From NCBI GenBank assembly GCA_964106645.2, contig OZ067043.1: 64,000 bases of DNA. One strand, given 5' to 3'. Positions 24,254 through 36,868 of the stretch are shown here, piece after piece. This DNA comes from Podarcis pityusensis (lineage: Eukaryota). Numbering within the stretch: position 1 is the stretch's first letter; every line of letters begins with the position of its first letter. Position numbers and translations under genes: made by a program. Below the pieces are notes generated by a model that saw only the letters and a program-made list of their open reading frames with translations, did not search any database and had not been told where the DNA came from.

Positions 24254-24943
24254 GTGAGTCCACCGCAAGTCCACCACCATTCCCTCGACGTAAGAGGCTT
24301 GCCCTGAGCTCAGGCGCTTCAGACCATGGTCTCTCCCCCAAATTCTGCCCATCCTTCTCGGCCATAATTTTTCTTAGGGTTTCACAGCATTGCCTGCCTT
24401 TTAACTCGCTTTGATCATCAAGCCTGCATTGTGAATGTTCTTCGTCCTTTTTCTATTGTCTGGTCGGCTTGCAATATAGGAAGGAATAGTAGCTAACCGA
24501 TCGCCCTCTTACCCTGGGTGCTAATAGGAGGCCCTCTCAAATCTGTAGTTGAGGAAGAACATCCAAAACAGAGGGCATGACTCCAAACAGTCCTTTCTTT
24601 GAAGGCTGTTAACTCCTGGTCTCTATCAAGCCATTGTTGCTTCTGAGAGGTTTGAGTGCTTGTGGTCTGATACCCAGTTTTCTTCTCTGTCTTCTGTTGT
24701 TACACATTATTAACTCAGATGCTGTGATTTTATTCCAAGCTGCCAGTTAGAGTATGAAAGTCTCTTTCCTCCCCCACTCCGTTCCTGCTATCATCATTTT
24801 CTTCAGATTAATGGGCACTGTGCTGTGTTAGTTATAGCTGCAAGATTTGTATCAACCCCAGATGTTCTACACACATCCGGCCTTTGAAACAGAATTGTCT
24901 TTTTGCTCCATTCAGTGGCTTCTGTCTCTTTAAGGACTGTGTT

Positions 24944-25045
24944 ATGGATAAGTTTGTTATACGAAAACCCAGAACTGAAGGACACCCTAAGGAGAAAGAT
25001 TCTGGAGAAAAGATTTACAAGCAAGCTACTATAGAATCTCTGAAG
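24944..25045 (+). CDS. TCEANC2: TCEANC2 coding exon 1
   Basis: [10 protein letters not shown]...[10 protein letters not shown]|gtaag. Confidence 0.94.
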
Positions 25046-26712
25046 GTAAGATATTGGATATGCCCAAATTATTCTAATTTCATTAAATGTCTACTGTAAT
25101 ATGTTATGGCTGTCCTTTTGTTTCAGATAGCTTGACAGTGTTTCTGAGTGTACAGATAGCGAAGGCGAAACTTAGCCAAGCAAAGGAGGAGGGTTATTGG
25201 TTTGTTTTCGTTTTATTGTGTATTTTGTGTTTTCCTTTTATTTCTTGATGTTGTGAACCACCTTGTGATCTTCAGATGAAGGGCAGTATACAAAATAAAT
25301 AAATACTAGCAAAGCAGAAGTTATTTTGAGAGATAGGTAGGTACAAAATCCTATAGGGCAATAAGTAGTTGAGACTGGGTGGGTGTACTTAGTCCCTTCA
25401 CAGTTGTTGGAACAAAATCATTAATTAACATGTTGCACAGTGAACTATTAAGGTCCCCTAAAGTAGTCAGAAACACATCTTTTATAGTATGGGTTGGATC
25501 CAGAGAAATGTGGGCAGAAGTGGTTGGGTGCAAGATGACTTCCCTGCCCTTTCTTCTCCCTTTCCCTTTAGCCTTATATGCCTTAACTCACCACATTCAG
25601 CAGGGTGTGTCCCCCCCCCCCACCTTCAGGAGAGGCTTGAGGGTTCTGTGGGGATGTATCTGACACTGTGCATGCAGTTTACAAACCATTCCTGCTAGAG
25701 AGGTCCTAATGCGGTAGTTCAAAAGCTTCAGTGAAACTGCTTTGATGATGCACTTTACTTTGACGAGCTGGACTACAGCGTCTATCATCTCTTGATTATT
25801 GGCCATGCTGTCTGGGGCTGATGGGAGTTAAGGGTCCAACAGGTGCTAGAGGGCCACAGGTTCCCCTCCCCTGGTAGAAGGAGTGGGTCCAAAGTGGTGA
25901 AGAAACTGCAAGAAGTCCATGTAAAGGCTGACAACAAAAAGCACTGCATTAGTGAAGTAAAAAGTTAGCTTACAGTGGACCAAGTCAGGAGTGGGGGGGG
26001 GGGTTATATTTGCTTGAGATGTTTGGCCTACTGAGATTTGGAATGAAGAATTTGGATGATGGGCTGTGGCTTGAAAAAAATATTTGGTAAGTGCAGGGAT
26101 GACCTTACATTGGGATGAGATGAAAAATAACAGCTGCTAGTTGACAATACAATGAGGTGTTTTCATGTTTTGTTTTTAAAAAAACCTGTTTAAAACACTC
26201 ACTTCAGAATAGTAAGTGGATTGAAGATGGCAGTCTAATGAGTTTATTTTGCTTTCTAGATTTCTCTCATTTGCTTCACATCAGGGACTTACTGTGAAAC
26301 AAGTATTCGTCTGTTTGGATTACCTAGGTTTCCTGCACTTAGTCTACCTGTCATATTTAATAATTCATAAGTCAATAGCAATCATATTAGCTGACACAGA
26401 ATACAGTACATTTATCTGCAATAAGTTATGTGTGCCTCTTTCTGTCTCCTAATGATGATTGTTCTTTGCAGAGAGTTGTGGTTATAGAAGATATAAAAAG
26501 ATGGAAATCTATGCTAGAGCTTTCAGTTCAGTCTAAGGAGAATCTAATTGAAGCCTTAATGGAATTAAAGAAGAAAATACCCTCCAAAGAAGTTTTACTT
26601 TCAACAAAAATAGGTAACATTCTTTTTTTTATTTTCCATTGCAAATATGTATGTGGTTCATTTGAATAAACTGAGACCTATCAGTTGTGCTCATTTTAAA
26701 AATGCTTGCATG

Positions 26713-26768
<56 letters not shown>

Positions 26769-29700
26769 TGTGAGCTTAAACCTGACTGGCATTTTAAGTG
26801 TCCATGTTAAAGACCTTTCCCCACTCTCTGCCCTCGCTGAACTTATGTTAAGCTGTCTTAGTTGGTCATTATACCTCTAGCAGTAACCAAAGTTACCAAG
26901 GCAGCTTTAAATATATTTAAATACAATGAATTAGTCAAGAACTCGTATGGAGAAGTGAAGATGTATACAGATGTTCCAGTTGTCATAATTGCTGTGCTAA
27001 ATCTCTGGGCTTAATAGCAGGCTTTGGTGGAAATAACACTGGCCTGGAAACTGCTGGCAAAGCAGCCAAATGTCAGTCCATCTCATGGCAAGTCTTTTTC
27101 ACCCATGTTACTGATTCCAGGTGCTTCCAAGCTTGCCTTCAGTTTTCAGAAGTTTCATTCATACTAATATGTATTAATGTGTGCTAAGACTTCGTGTTGC
27201 TGTCATCTTCTGCAAGGTCATACAGTGAACAAGATGCGCAAGCATTCAGATCAGGATGTGGCCGCTCTTGCCAAAGAAGTGTATACTGAGTGGCGAACAT
27301 TCATCAAAGACCATTCAAATAGACCCTCAATAGAAGTGAGGAGTAATCCCAGGACAGAGAAGCTTAGGCAGAATGCACAGAAGCTACTTGCTGAAGCTCT
27401 AGAGCTGGAGGTACTGTGTTTTTTATTACTCATTTTCTGAAAATGGCTTTGAATGAGAAGCATTTTTATTTACAAAGTTGGGGTGGTTCTGTTACGGATT
27501 TAGGGCAGATGCCAGGAATTCAAAATGGAAAAGTGCTGATCTTAGTGACGAGAGGCATAAGGTTTAAATTCTAGTTGAACTTCCTAGTGGATATGAGTCT
27601 GTATTTACATTTTGCATGTTGTACACATAACAGCAAACTGAATGATTTGCAACTTACTTTTTTTAAAATAAGGGGAACAGTGTATAACCTTGCCTATAGT
27701 AATTTAATTATTATTTATGTAACATTATGTTATTTTATTTACACCTTGCCTCTTCCTCCCAAAGGAGCCCAAGTTGCAACAGCAAAACAAAACAAAAAAT
27801 GTTCTGAAACAGTTAAAACATAATCTCATCCAGTGATTTCAGGGTTGTCAGGAATGGCTGGGTATTAAAGGCAGGCAGCCTGCTGAAATATAGGGAGATG
27901 TTATTATTTTCTCCATGAGTCTAGGCAGCAGATTTCTTGCTCTTCTCAGAGAATCATGGTGATGGAAAGCACTCCAAAGGTCATCTAGTCCAACCCCTTG
28001 CTGATGCGAGAATTCTGCTGCATAGAATTGTATAGAATGTCATGTGCCAGCAAGACTATCTGATTTTTTAAAAAGGTTTAAAGCCCTTTACGTAAGCGTG
28101 TTCACTTATATGTTTCCCCCCTGAATTTTTTTAAGTTTCAAAGCTGCGTCAGGGATTATGTGTGCTGATTAGCATCATAGGCAATATCCAGTCAGCACTA
28201 TCTATAGCTGGCTTTTTCTCAATGAAACTGAGACACCCTCAATTTACAGAGCAGGATTTTTTCCCTAGAAATAAAACTAATGTAGATTTTATATTGAATG
28301 CAATGGGTGTGTTTCCAACCCATCCCCAGTGCTCTAAAAATGTTCCATCTGTTTTCACCTCTTCAATCAGCAGGGAAGGAAGAAAGCAATAGTTACATAA
28401 ATCAGAAAAATAAATTTATTTATTTTTTGCAGCGCTGTGAGAAATTACATGGAAATTCATCTTTTGGCCTTGTAGAATGAGAAAAGCTTTCTGTAGGTGG
28501 CTGCAAAAGTACCTTCTGATCCTAAGATTGAAACCTATTGTTAGGCATTTTCACTGTCCTTTCCTCCCAAATATATTCTTTGTAATAAGGAGGGTATAGA
28601 AAAAAGCTCATGTACAGGGTCTGCAACAACTATAACTTATTTAAAATATTGACATCCTTCCCAAATTTGCAAAGCTTGAGAGTAGCTCTCAAAGGTCCTA
28701 TGAACAATATCAAATAAAATAAGGCACAGTATAAAATCAGCAGAAATGAGAAAAGTGTGCAGAGTGATAGAAGCAGCAGAATCAGAAAACATTTTCAGTT
28801 AGAATTCGGTTCTGTGGCATGCAGAAAGGCCTGGGCAAATGAAAAGCTCTTTACTTGGTGTTGGAAAAGACATCAGATTTGGCACCTGGGAGGGACATTC
28901 TGAGACAACTGAGAAAGCTCCCTCCCTAGTTGTTACCTGCCTAACTGCAGAAGGTATGGGGTGGAACTAGGAAATCTTAATATGATTATATAATCACAAT
29001 ATACTACTATAATCTTACTATGATTATAAAATTGAGCAGAGTCATGTGTTAGAAGACCATGGACTCTACATGACCCTGGACTCTAACTGATGGGTAGGAG
29101 GAGTAGAAAAAACATTTGCTTTTGCATAGCCAGCATGTACATATCATCCCAATAATTCAAAGAAAGGAAAGCATAGAAATGGATTGTTAATCTCAATGGA
29201 CAGTACCGCATGGTATTAGCACAGCAGCAGAACTGGCTTCTCCTTCTGCTCCTCCTCCCCCTTCAGTTCCCATGGATTGGGACTCTGGAGCAAATTTTGG
29301 GGGTCCTCAAAGAGCTGCATGGCAGGGGAAGCGAAGTCCTATAGTGTGAGCAAAAGCCTGCTTGTGCAACATTGGAGATCACACAATATTTTAATGCACT
29401 AAATCTGTGCTAAAGCCCTTTGGATGCTCTGTATTTCAGGCAAACTTTATATCCGTAATTAAGTGTTTGTAAATCAAAGTTTATTGTGAGAACCTACAGA
29501 GAGGGTCAATAGTGTACAAAGTGGTGGTAAATATCAGATCCCTGTGGTATTCTTAAGTAATGAACACAACAAGAATTCTCTCTAAGCCTTAATGATCAGT
29601 TTGCCTGCTATATTAAACTCCATAATAATTATCCTTTTAATGTATTCATTAATTATCCTTTAAATGGCACGTCAAGGCCCTCAGGAATTGCTGTGCAAAA

Positions 29701-32700
29701 TTTAGAAGCAGTGTTTACAGTCCTTGTCAACTCTGGTCAGAAAATCATGCACCGTTTCTGCTAAGGAGCTAATGTTGGGTCCTGAAGCTGGAGTGCTCAG
29801 CTTCAACTCTGCCATGTATGTAACTCTTCAGATACATGCTTGATGTTGCTGATCTGGAGCAGTCAGTAGCCAGAAGCCAGTTTTAATTGGGATTGTGTCC
29901 TGACTCATTACTATTCATATATGTGCTTCTCCACTTTTGCCAAAAGGCTGGGTCTGCACGTTCAGGGCTCTTTTATTTCCACCTCGTGCAAACATATATA
30001 TTGGGTACGAAGAGCCTTTTGCCTGCCAGATGTTGCTGAACTAAATTTTGCACCAGCTCTAGCAAGCATGGCCAAGGATGATGGGAGTTGTAGTTCAGCA
30101 ACATCTGGAGAGCCAGAGCTTCCCCGCACCTGACTGATACGCTGCCTCTACCTTCTTTTTCCATCCGTTACTCTTGTTGCATCTGGCTGGTCACTGCTGT
30201 CACTCTCCTTCACCTTGTATTTGTGCAGATTTTAAGATAGCTGCTGAATGAGAATCTTTTTTAACCAATGCAAAGCAAGATTAGGAGGAAAAAAACAACA
30301 ACCTAGCAACCCCTCAGTGACATAGCAAGCAGACAGTTGAAATAATAGGGACCCCTACTATCTCCCTACTGCTCTTAGTGACTGCCTACATCTGCCTAAT
30401 TGTGAAACAAGTTGTCTTTATAGCATCCATCTGCTAACCAATCATTTCAGTTTTAATCATTATTATATAATTTTTTTTATTTTTAATTGAGTGTGGGTCA
30501 CTCTGAAATTCATTTGCGGCTGAAGGGCTGGTAAATTGCCTTTTGCTGCAATGTACAAATGGGGAAACTAGGTGTGCAAGGTAGCATCTTGACTGTTCTT
30601 CATGGGAAATGCTTATCTAATATAAGATTCATATATAATGCAAAGTATTTGCAGTCTTTTCCAGTTACGAATTGGGTGAATTCCAGTCTTTAATGCCATA
30701 AACATCTAATTTTGACACCACAGTGTTGGGGAATAATATACTTGCTGAACTTGCTTCTGCCTACTAGCAAGTTAGCTGTTGGGCAAAGGAGCCTAATTTT
30801 TTTGCGGGGGCGGGGGGAGGGAATGTGACATCCCCACTCATGCTGAGAACTTCAAAAGCCAAGGTGGTAATAGTTTAAAACACAGAGTATCTTCTTCTGT
30901 TGAACCCCTTCTGGCCATCCCCCATCAGTGTTGGATTAAGCCATTATGATCCCTGGCAAAGCAGAAGATCATTCTTTTAATTTATTAAATAAATAATAAA
31001 ACAATGGAGATGGAGCCTGTCCAGTATTCAGTTGCTGGGGTGTAGGAGCGGGGCAGGATTCCAGTAAGTAGGAGCTGCCACATTAAAGGCCTGATTCCTA
31101 TATAGTATGGGAACAGGCCTTCTCCCGAAGAACATAACGATCAGTAGAAGGGTTGAGACTATTGTATCCTGATCCCAAGCTCTATAGGACTTTGTACACT
31201 CGAACCAGCACCTCACACTTAGCCCGGAAGCTAATTGGCAGCCGATGCCATTCTTTTCTAATTGGAACCCAAGGGCTAGTAAATGTAGTTATTAGACTTT
31301 TAGACCGCTTTTCAGGCTAAAATGCTTCTCAAAGCAGTTTAGAACTATATGCAATGCAAATCCAAAAATAAAATCATTAAGCACTTAAATATCTAGTACG
31401 ATGCAGTGTACACTAGCCAACATTCCACATACAGTAAAACAAAAATGGCCTCCAGAGGCCATGTTTTTAAAAGTAAGTTTTTAAGGCCAATTTAAAGTTA
31501 ACAAGCGATGGGGCTTGCCTTATCTCATGTGGAACCTAATTGCAAGAACGGGGAAGCCACCGCTGAGAAGGTCCTGTTCTGTGTATTCACCAGTATAATC
31601 AAAACTCCCTGTCCTATTATTTGAATCTTCCCCACAAGAGCCATTGTTTACTAACACAAAGAAGTGCCATATGCATTTTCATGAACCACCAGAGGTGAGC
31701 TGTGATCAAAATATGAGAGGCAAGAGTTAGAATTAGAAGCTATTCAAAATAATTGGAGCAGTGAGCTTTGGACGGTGTGTTTTAGATCCACAACCCTGCA
31801 AAGATCTGTTATCTTATGGAGGATGAGGAGGGTCAGTGATTTCATCGGAGTACTAAAATTTAGATATAAGATTCCACAAAGAGTGGGAAGTGGTTATACC
31901 ATAGCAGAGGTGAAAATAAGCCTGAAGATAGTAACAATTGAACATTCTGGATTCTCCCCAAATACAGAATTCCTCGGCACTAATGGCCAAAAGAGAAATA
32001 AACCCTTTCTTGGTAGGCAATAGTTGCTTTTCATTTATTTCTATATAATTTATTTAGATGTCTCAGCTGTGCCAAATTACATAGCTTGGCACATGTTGAA
32101 GCAATAACTTCATAATTAACATTTAGCAAATCCCTTTCTGTTTTCTTAATTACACCTCCTTACACTTGCTCACAGAGTCTGCATTTCCCTTTACAGCCCT
32201 GCCAGTCGGCCCTGCCAAGTATTTAGAACATCCAGGTTTTGGTTTTGGAGTTGAGTTTGAAATGCTATCAAAAGTGTCTTGTATCACTGAATGTTATCGG
32301 AGGCAGTATTACCCTGTTCGTAATTGCACTTGAACCTGATACCCCAGGTTGGCTGCAGATTAGTTTCCTGTTGGGCTGGCGAAAAAAGCGACTGACCACA
32401 CTGCCTTGTTCTTTAATTGCTGGGGTGAAATTAAATTGCTCTTCCTGTTTCACTTGTGATGTGAAGTGGATTTCCTTGAATTTGAGCTGATTAAGAAACC
32501 AGCCTCCAATTTCAAACAGTTAGTCTCCTTATTAAATGTAAGGATCTCATTTCTTACTTTCTGTTTTCAGATTGGTCACCCGCTGGTGGAAAATATTGAG
32601 CGAGAAGCTTTTCATCTCTCATCCCGTCTCATTAGCGCGCCCTACCGCAGGACTGTGCGAGCCCTCGTATTCGCTTTAAAGCACAAGCCTGAGACGCGGA

Positions 32701-32759
32701 CACAAGTGCAAAGTGGTGTGCTGTCACCTAGCGTGCTTGTGCAAAGCTACAAAAAGTGA
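24944..32759 (+). CDS. TCEANC2: Transcription elongation factor A N-terminal and central domain-containing protein 2, join(24944-25045,26472-26613,27217-27410,32571-32759), 208 aa
   Basis: Four GT-AG exons total 627 nt in frame; MDKFVIR start, TFIIS N-terminal motif ([18 protein letters not shown]), central domain ([14 protein letters not shown]). Confidence 0.96.
26472..26613 (+). CDS. TCEANC2: TCEANC2 coding exon 2
   Basis: [17 protein letters not shown]...LLSTKI; 142 nt. Confidence 0.95.
26717..26763. repeat. (TA)n microsatellite
   Basis: Direct observation. Confidence 0.95.
27217..27410 (+). CDS. TCEANC2: TCEANC2 coding exon 3
   Basis: [12 protein letters not shown]...[10 protein letters not shown]; 194 nt. 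Confidence 0.95.
31100..31255 (-). mobile_element. Degenerate L2-like LINE fragment
   Basis: Resembles squamate L2 ORF2 3' region read antisense (CCAGCACC...GCCCGGAAGCTAATTGGCAGCC). Confidence 0.5.
32571..32759 (+). CDS. TCEANC2: TCEANC2 coding exon 4 (terminal)
   Basis: [16 protein letters not shown]...VQSYKK*; candidate AATAAA at 33885-33890. Confidence 0.95.
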   Translation: MGHPLVENIEREAFHLSSRLISAPYRRTVRALVFALKHKPETRTQVQSGVLSPSVLVQSYKK

Positions 32760-33262
32760 CTCAAAGGCCTTTTGCAGAAGGGGTGCAGTGGTGGGGATAG
32801 GCATAACTGTATTATGAAGTAATGGAAGGAATTACTTCTGTTTCTTTGAATATTAGTGAATACATTAACCACATAATTGTTCAGTACTATCAGAGAGTGT
32901 TTCAGGATATCCCTTCAATGTCAAGTTTTCATTTGATGCAAAGGATGGTTTGCAGTTCAGAGAGTTAAGAGGAACGGGAAAGGAAATTACTCTACTTTAC
33001 CTTTAAGCAGCCTGGAAGGTAATTTCAGCTGGTAAGAGACCAGGTCTTTGTGATATTCTGTTCCCAAGAGTGTATGGCACAAACCTTTGTGGGCTTCATC
33101 ACAGGGACTGGCTAGTATGCTTAAAAGGAGCTCTGGTGACCAAATGCATTTAGTTTGTAAGCTGAAGCTTGCTCCACCTGCCATCCTCCAGCATCAAATC
33201 ACCTCTTTTGCACATTTGCTCTATCATTATCTGCTCAGCCTTCATATCTATGTACTTTGAAG

Positions 33263-33373
33263 CAGGGGTAAGGAACCTGTGGCCCTTCCATCAGCCCCAG
33301 CCAGCATTTTCAGTGATGGGGTTGTAGCCAGATAACATCTAGGTGGGGGGGGGGGCACAGGATCCCCACCCTG
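33263..33373. mobile_element. hAT MITE in probable TCEANC2 3' UTR
   Basis: CAGGGGT...ACCCTG termini; TSD CTTTGAAG/CTCTGAAG; related to 44808-44943. Confidence 0.75.
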
Positions 33374-34929
33374 CTCTGAAGAATTGCATTCTGCAGTGGC
33401 TTTTAAGAACTGTGAGTTTACATTGAGGAGGCAATAACATTTGATGCACTTGGCCAACAAGACCAGCAAGAGCCCGTGGTGGCATAGGTTACGTTTTACA
33501 TCAGTAGCGCCATGGGATTATGCTACCTAATTGGTCTGAAAGGGCAAGTAGACCTTTTTCTGTGCACTGTTATGGGTGGGTATGAAAACAGTTCTGCTGT
33601 ACGGTTCTGCTGTATAATGTACACTGAGGTTCTAGGGGTCCATATGCAAAGGCAAAATAGCATGAAATCAGAACAATCCGAGGAGCAGCCTCTGCCATCC
33701 AAGATTTCTCTGCAGCCTACAAGAGGCTTTGTGCAACATTCCCAGAACCCTGTAAGCAAGGTGCAGAGCTTGAAAAGCTGTTTCTGCAAAGAAAGAGCCT
33801 TTGGATGGCCCTGCAAAACCTTACAAGGGCTTCCAGAGCCCAGTAAGTGGGAGTCTCCCATCCCTTTTCTATTCATATATGCATAATAAACTGCCTAAAG
33901 CTGTGATTGCGTAAGGAAAGTAAGTGTAAATTGCAGTACCGATGCTTTCAAACCATCTACCTAAAAATGTCCTGAACCTTCCTACTTCCTTTTCCAGTAC
34001 TTTACCTTGTCCTAAAATGTTACTACCTCATCCTCACCAGTTGGTCTTTAAAAAAAAAAAAACCAATGACAACTCCCCTGCCTCACCTTCAGACTGATAC
34101 AAACAAGAAGGTTGTGAGATATTGAACTATAATTTTCTACGGGGAGAAAAGGCCTTTTCAAAAGATGTTGGGTGAAATTCAGCATTGCACAAGGTGGCAA
34201 TGTCTCCATCCACCTACACCTCCAAAAAAATCTGTTCTGGAGAATCTGTGGAGATGGTGCTGTAGGAGATAAGAATCCAGTTGCAGAAGTCCTTTACACT
34301 CATGCATGAGTGGTGTTGGACTGCTTTCCCCCACAGAAATTAAAACAATAATCCAGATCAACTGCATGTACTTGAAAAGTTTTAACACAGTTCAAAAGAG
34401 CTTCATCTTGGTATTAAGTCTTCTACTATAATGTAACGTACTGTGTGTGGTCAAGGCAGCACTGACTTTAAGAACAAATAGCAGATAAGCTCTGGACGTT
34501 ATAGTGGAGAACAGTGGAGGAGTCGACACAAGACACACTGAAAGAAAGTGGGAGGCTAGAATACCAAAGTATATCATCAGACGGTAAGTGGGAATTAAGT
34601 CTTTTAAGTGTATATTTACATTCAGAGTGTGTTTATACAAGTTACTCTGTGAACGATTTTGCTTTAAAGCAGAGCAAGATAGTATGAAAACAATTAGGAC
34701 AAAGCGCAAAGGGAGTTCTGCTAGCACTTCTCATTTAGATTCCTTCTGTCAAAAGCCGTCCCAGGAAGACTTGATGTCCGTAAATGCCTGGCTAAGGGGG
34801 AGGTGGGAGTTAAATTCAGCACAAGTTGTTTTCCTAAGCACACATATGGACTAGTTGGAAGAAAGATGTGAGCACGTTGCAGTAAAACCAATATGCAAAC
34901 AAACATGAAATAAGGCATTTTAAAAATAC

Positions 34930-35069
34930 CAGGTGTGGGGAGCCTTTGGCCTTCCAGGTGTTGCTGAACTACAACTCCCATTATCCCTGGCTATTGGCCA
35001 TGCTAGGTAGAGATTATGGGAGTTGTGTAGTCCAGCAACATCAGGCGGGCCTAAGGTTCCCTACACTAG
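34930..35069. mobile_element. hAT MITE (palindromic ACTACAACTCCC family)
   Basis: Similar to 44808-44943; inverted arms. Confidence 0.75.
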
Positions 35070-36183
35070 TTTTATGCATACCATTTCTATGCCTGTTCCT
35101 CAGTTGGTGATTTTCAGACTACAAAACTGCAGTATATTTAAGATAAGACAAAACTGCCCCTGTTAAGATGAGAGTTGGAACAAATATTACAGCTAAATAA
35201 AAACCACCTGAAAATAGCTTTACAATATAACCCCAATTTGGAGTATGTTGGAAAGAACAGCATGGCTATAATAAAAGTTAAGAAGGAGGATGTTTTCAGC
35301 ATTCTTCCTGGCTAGAATATAACCAGACAATGACTCTTCAGGAAATATTGTTATATTTTGGAAGGGTAAAAATAGATACAATGTCTAAATTCAGGCCGTG
35401 ATACAAGAAACAATATAACCCAGAATGTAGGGCACCATATCTAAAAACAACACCCCATAAATAGTTTGTGTCCTTAACACAGAAGAACACAGTTTTGAAA
35501 TGTACATATTGGAACAAGGTCATTTGAAATCAATGTGAACAAAGCGTTAAGTGGCTTTTCTGGTGCTTCCTTGCTCTGTTGCAAAATAAAGGCATTTTCA
35601 CTATGACACTAAAAGCTGTTTGCTTTTCCCACACCTGTAATGTGGGTGTAAAGTCTGCATTGACTGACATGCACATTTGATATCAAAATAAGACTCTTCC
35701 ACTTTCAATTCAAAATAATGATACAAAGGCCCATGATGCAGTTCTACTGCTGAAGCCAGGCAGGGCAATTTCTGGCCCTGCATTCTGCAAAACTGATCTT
35801 ATCCTGGGAACCGTATATAAGTTGCTCTTAAGTTCTCTGGCAAGAAGGACGGAGTGCAAACATAAACAGTAAGAGTAAATAAATAACCTGCCCTGGTACC
35901 CACACATACAACAAGCTAAAAGATAGTGCTTGACATGGGCTGGTTCTTAAAATGACATTTTCGAAAAGCAAACATGAGAGAGAAAATTCCAGTATAACTG
36001 CGCTTTATAGCCATTCACGGATAAGCTGCTCTTGAAGGTGGCTACAATGGGCATTTTCCTATGCCCCCAAGACCAGCAGAAGGTTCACTGCTGTAACAGC
36101 CACCATTTCCACTTTGCACTGAGTATCCAAGCTCAGTTGGAGCCTGATAGAATTCTCAGTTTGCATATCCCATATCTTTGTTA

Positions 36184-36322
36184 GGGAGAGTAGCTCAGTT
36201 GGTAGAGCTTGAGACACTTGATCTCAAGGTCCTGAGTTAGAGTCACACGTTGGACAAAAGATTCCTACATGGTAGGCGGTTGGACTAGATGACCCTCATG
36301 GTCCCTTCCAACCCTACAGATT
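36184..36322 (+). mobile_element. tRNA(Lys-like)-derived SINE with CR1-type tail
   Basis: TAGCTCAGTTGGTAGAGC A-box, decayed B-box, tail GGTTGGACTAGATGACC...GGTCCCTTCCAACC. Confidence 0.8.
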
Positions 36323-36655
36323 GAGGGTGCCGTGCCCAATGGTCTCAAAAGTCTAGGGTGAGCATTGTTAATGAACTGCTCCCTACAGTTATCTCCCCAC
36401 CCCCCTGCAAAAAATGAAGAAGCAAAGCAGCTAAATTGTAATGTTGGGTCAATATAGCAGACAAGGATTCAGTCATATTTCCTCAGCTAATGTCATGTGC
36501 CTGTTTAGTGCTGTAGATTCTCTTAGCCTTTGGGCTTCTTGAGGGCCTAACAGGAAACCCCCTTCTAATTTATATTTCAAGTATTTCTTTATAATTTTTT
36601 TAATCCAAAAATATTGTAAATTAGTTTACAAGGAAATCAGAATTAATACACTATA

Positions 36656-36868
36656 CAGTGGTACCTCGGGTTAAGAACCTAATTCGTTCAGGAGGTCTGT
36701 TCTTAACATGAAACTGTTCTTAACCTGAGGTACCACTTTAGCTAATGGGGCCTCCCGCTGCCAACCACGTTTCTGTTCTCATCCTGAAGCAAAGTTCTTA
36801 ACCCGAAGTACTATTTCTGGGTTAGCAGAGTCTGTAACCTGAAGCATCTGTAACCCGAGGTACCACTG
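36656..36868. mobile_element. Tc1/mariner (Tigger-like) MITE
   Basis: Perfect 18-bp TIR CAGTGGTACCTCGGGTTA/TAACCCGAGGTACCACTG; TA TSD. Confidence 0.92.

Larger units (their letters stand above)
22380..24420. promoter_or_regulatory. CpG-rich bidirectional promoter of TMEM59 (-) and TCEANC2 (+)
   Basis: High CpG density; YY1-like CCGCCATCTT over the TMEM59 ATG; ETS sites 23219-23232, 23288-23295 and 24199-24205; ZNF143-like GGGAAATGTAGTT 24152-24164. Confidence 0.8.

Noticed and set aside
36184-36260. tRNA-Lys-like gene
   Set aside because: Decayed anticodon arm and B-box, directly fused to a CR1-type tail; it is a SINE head
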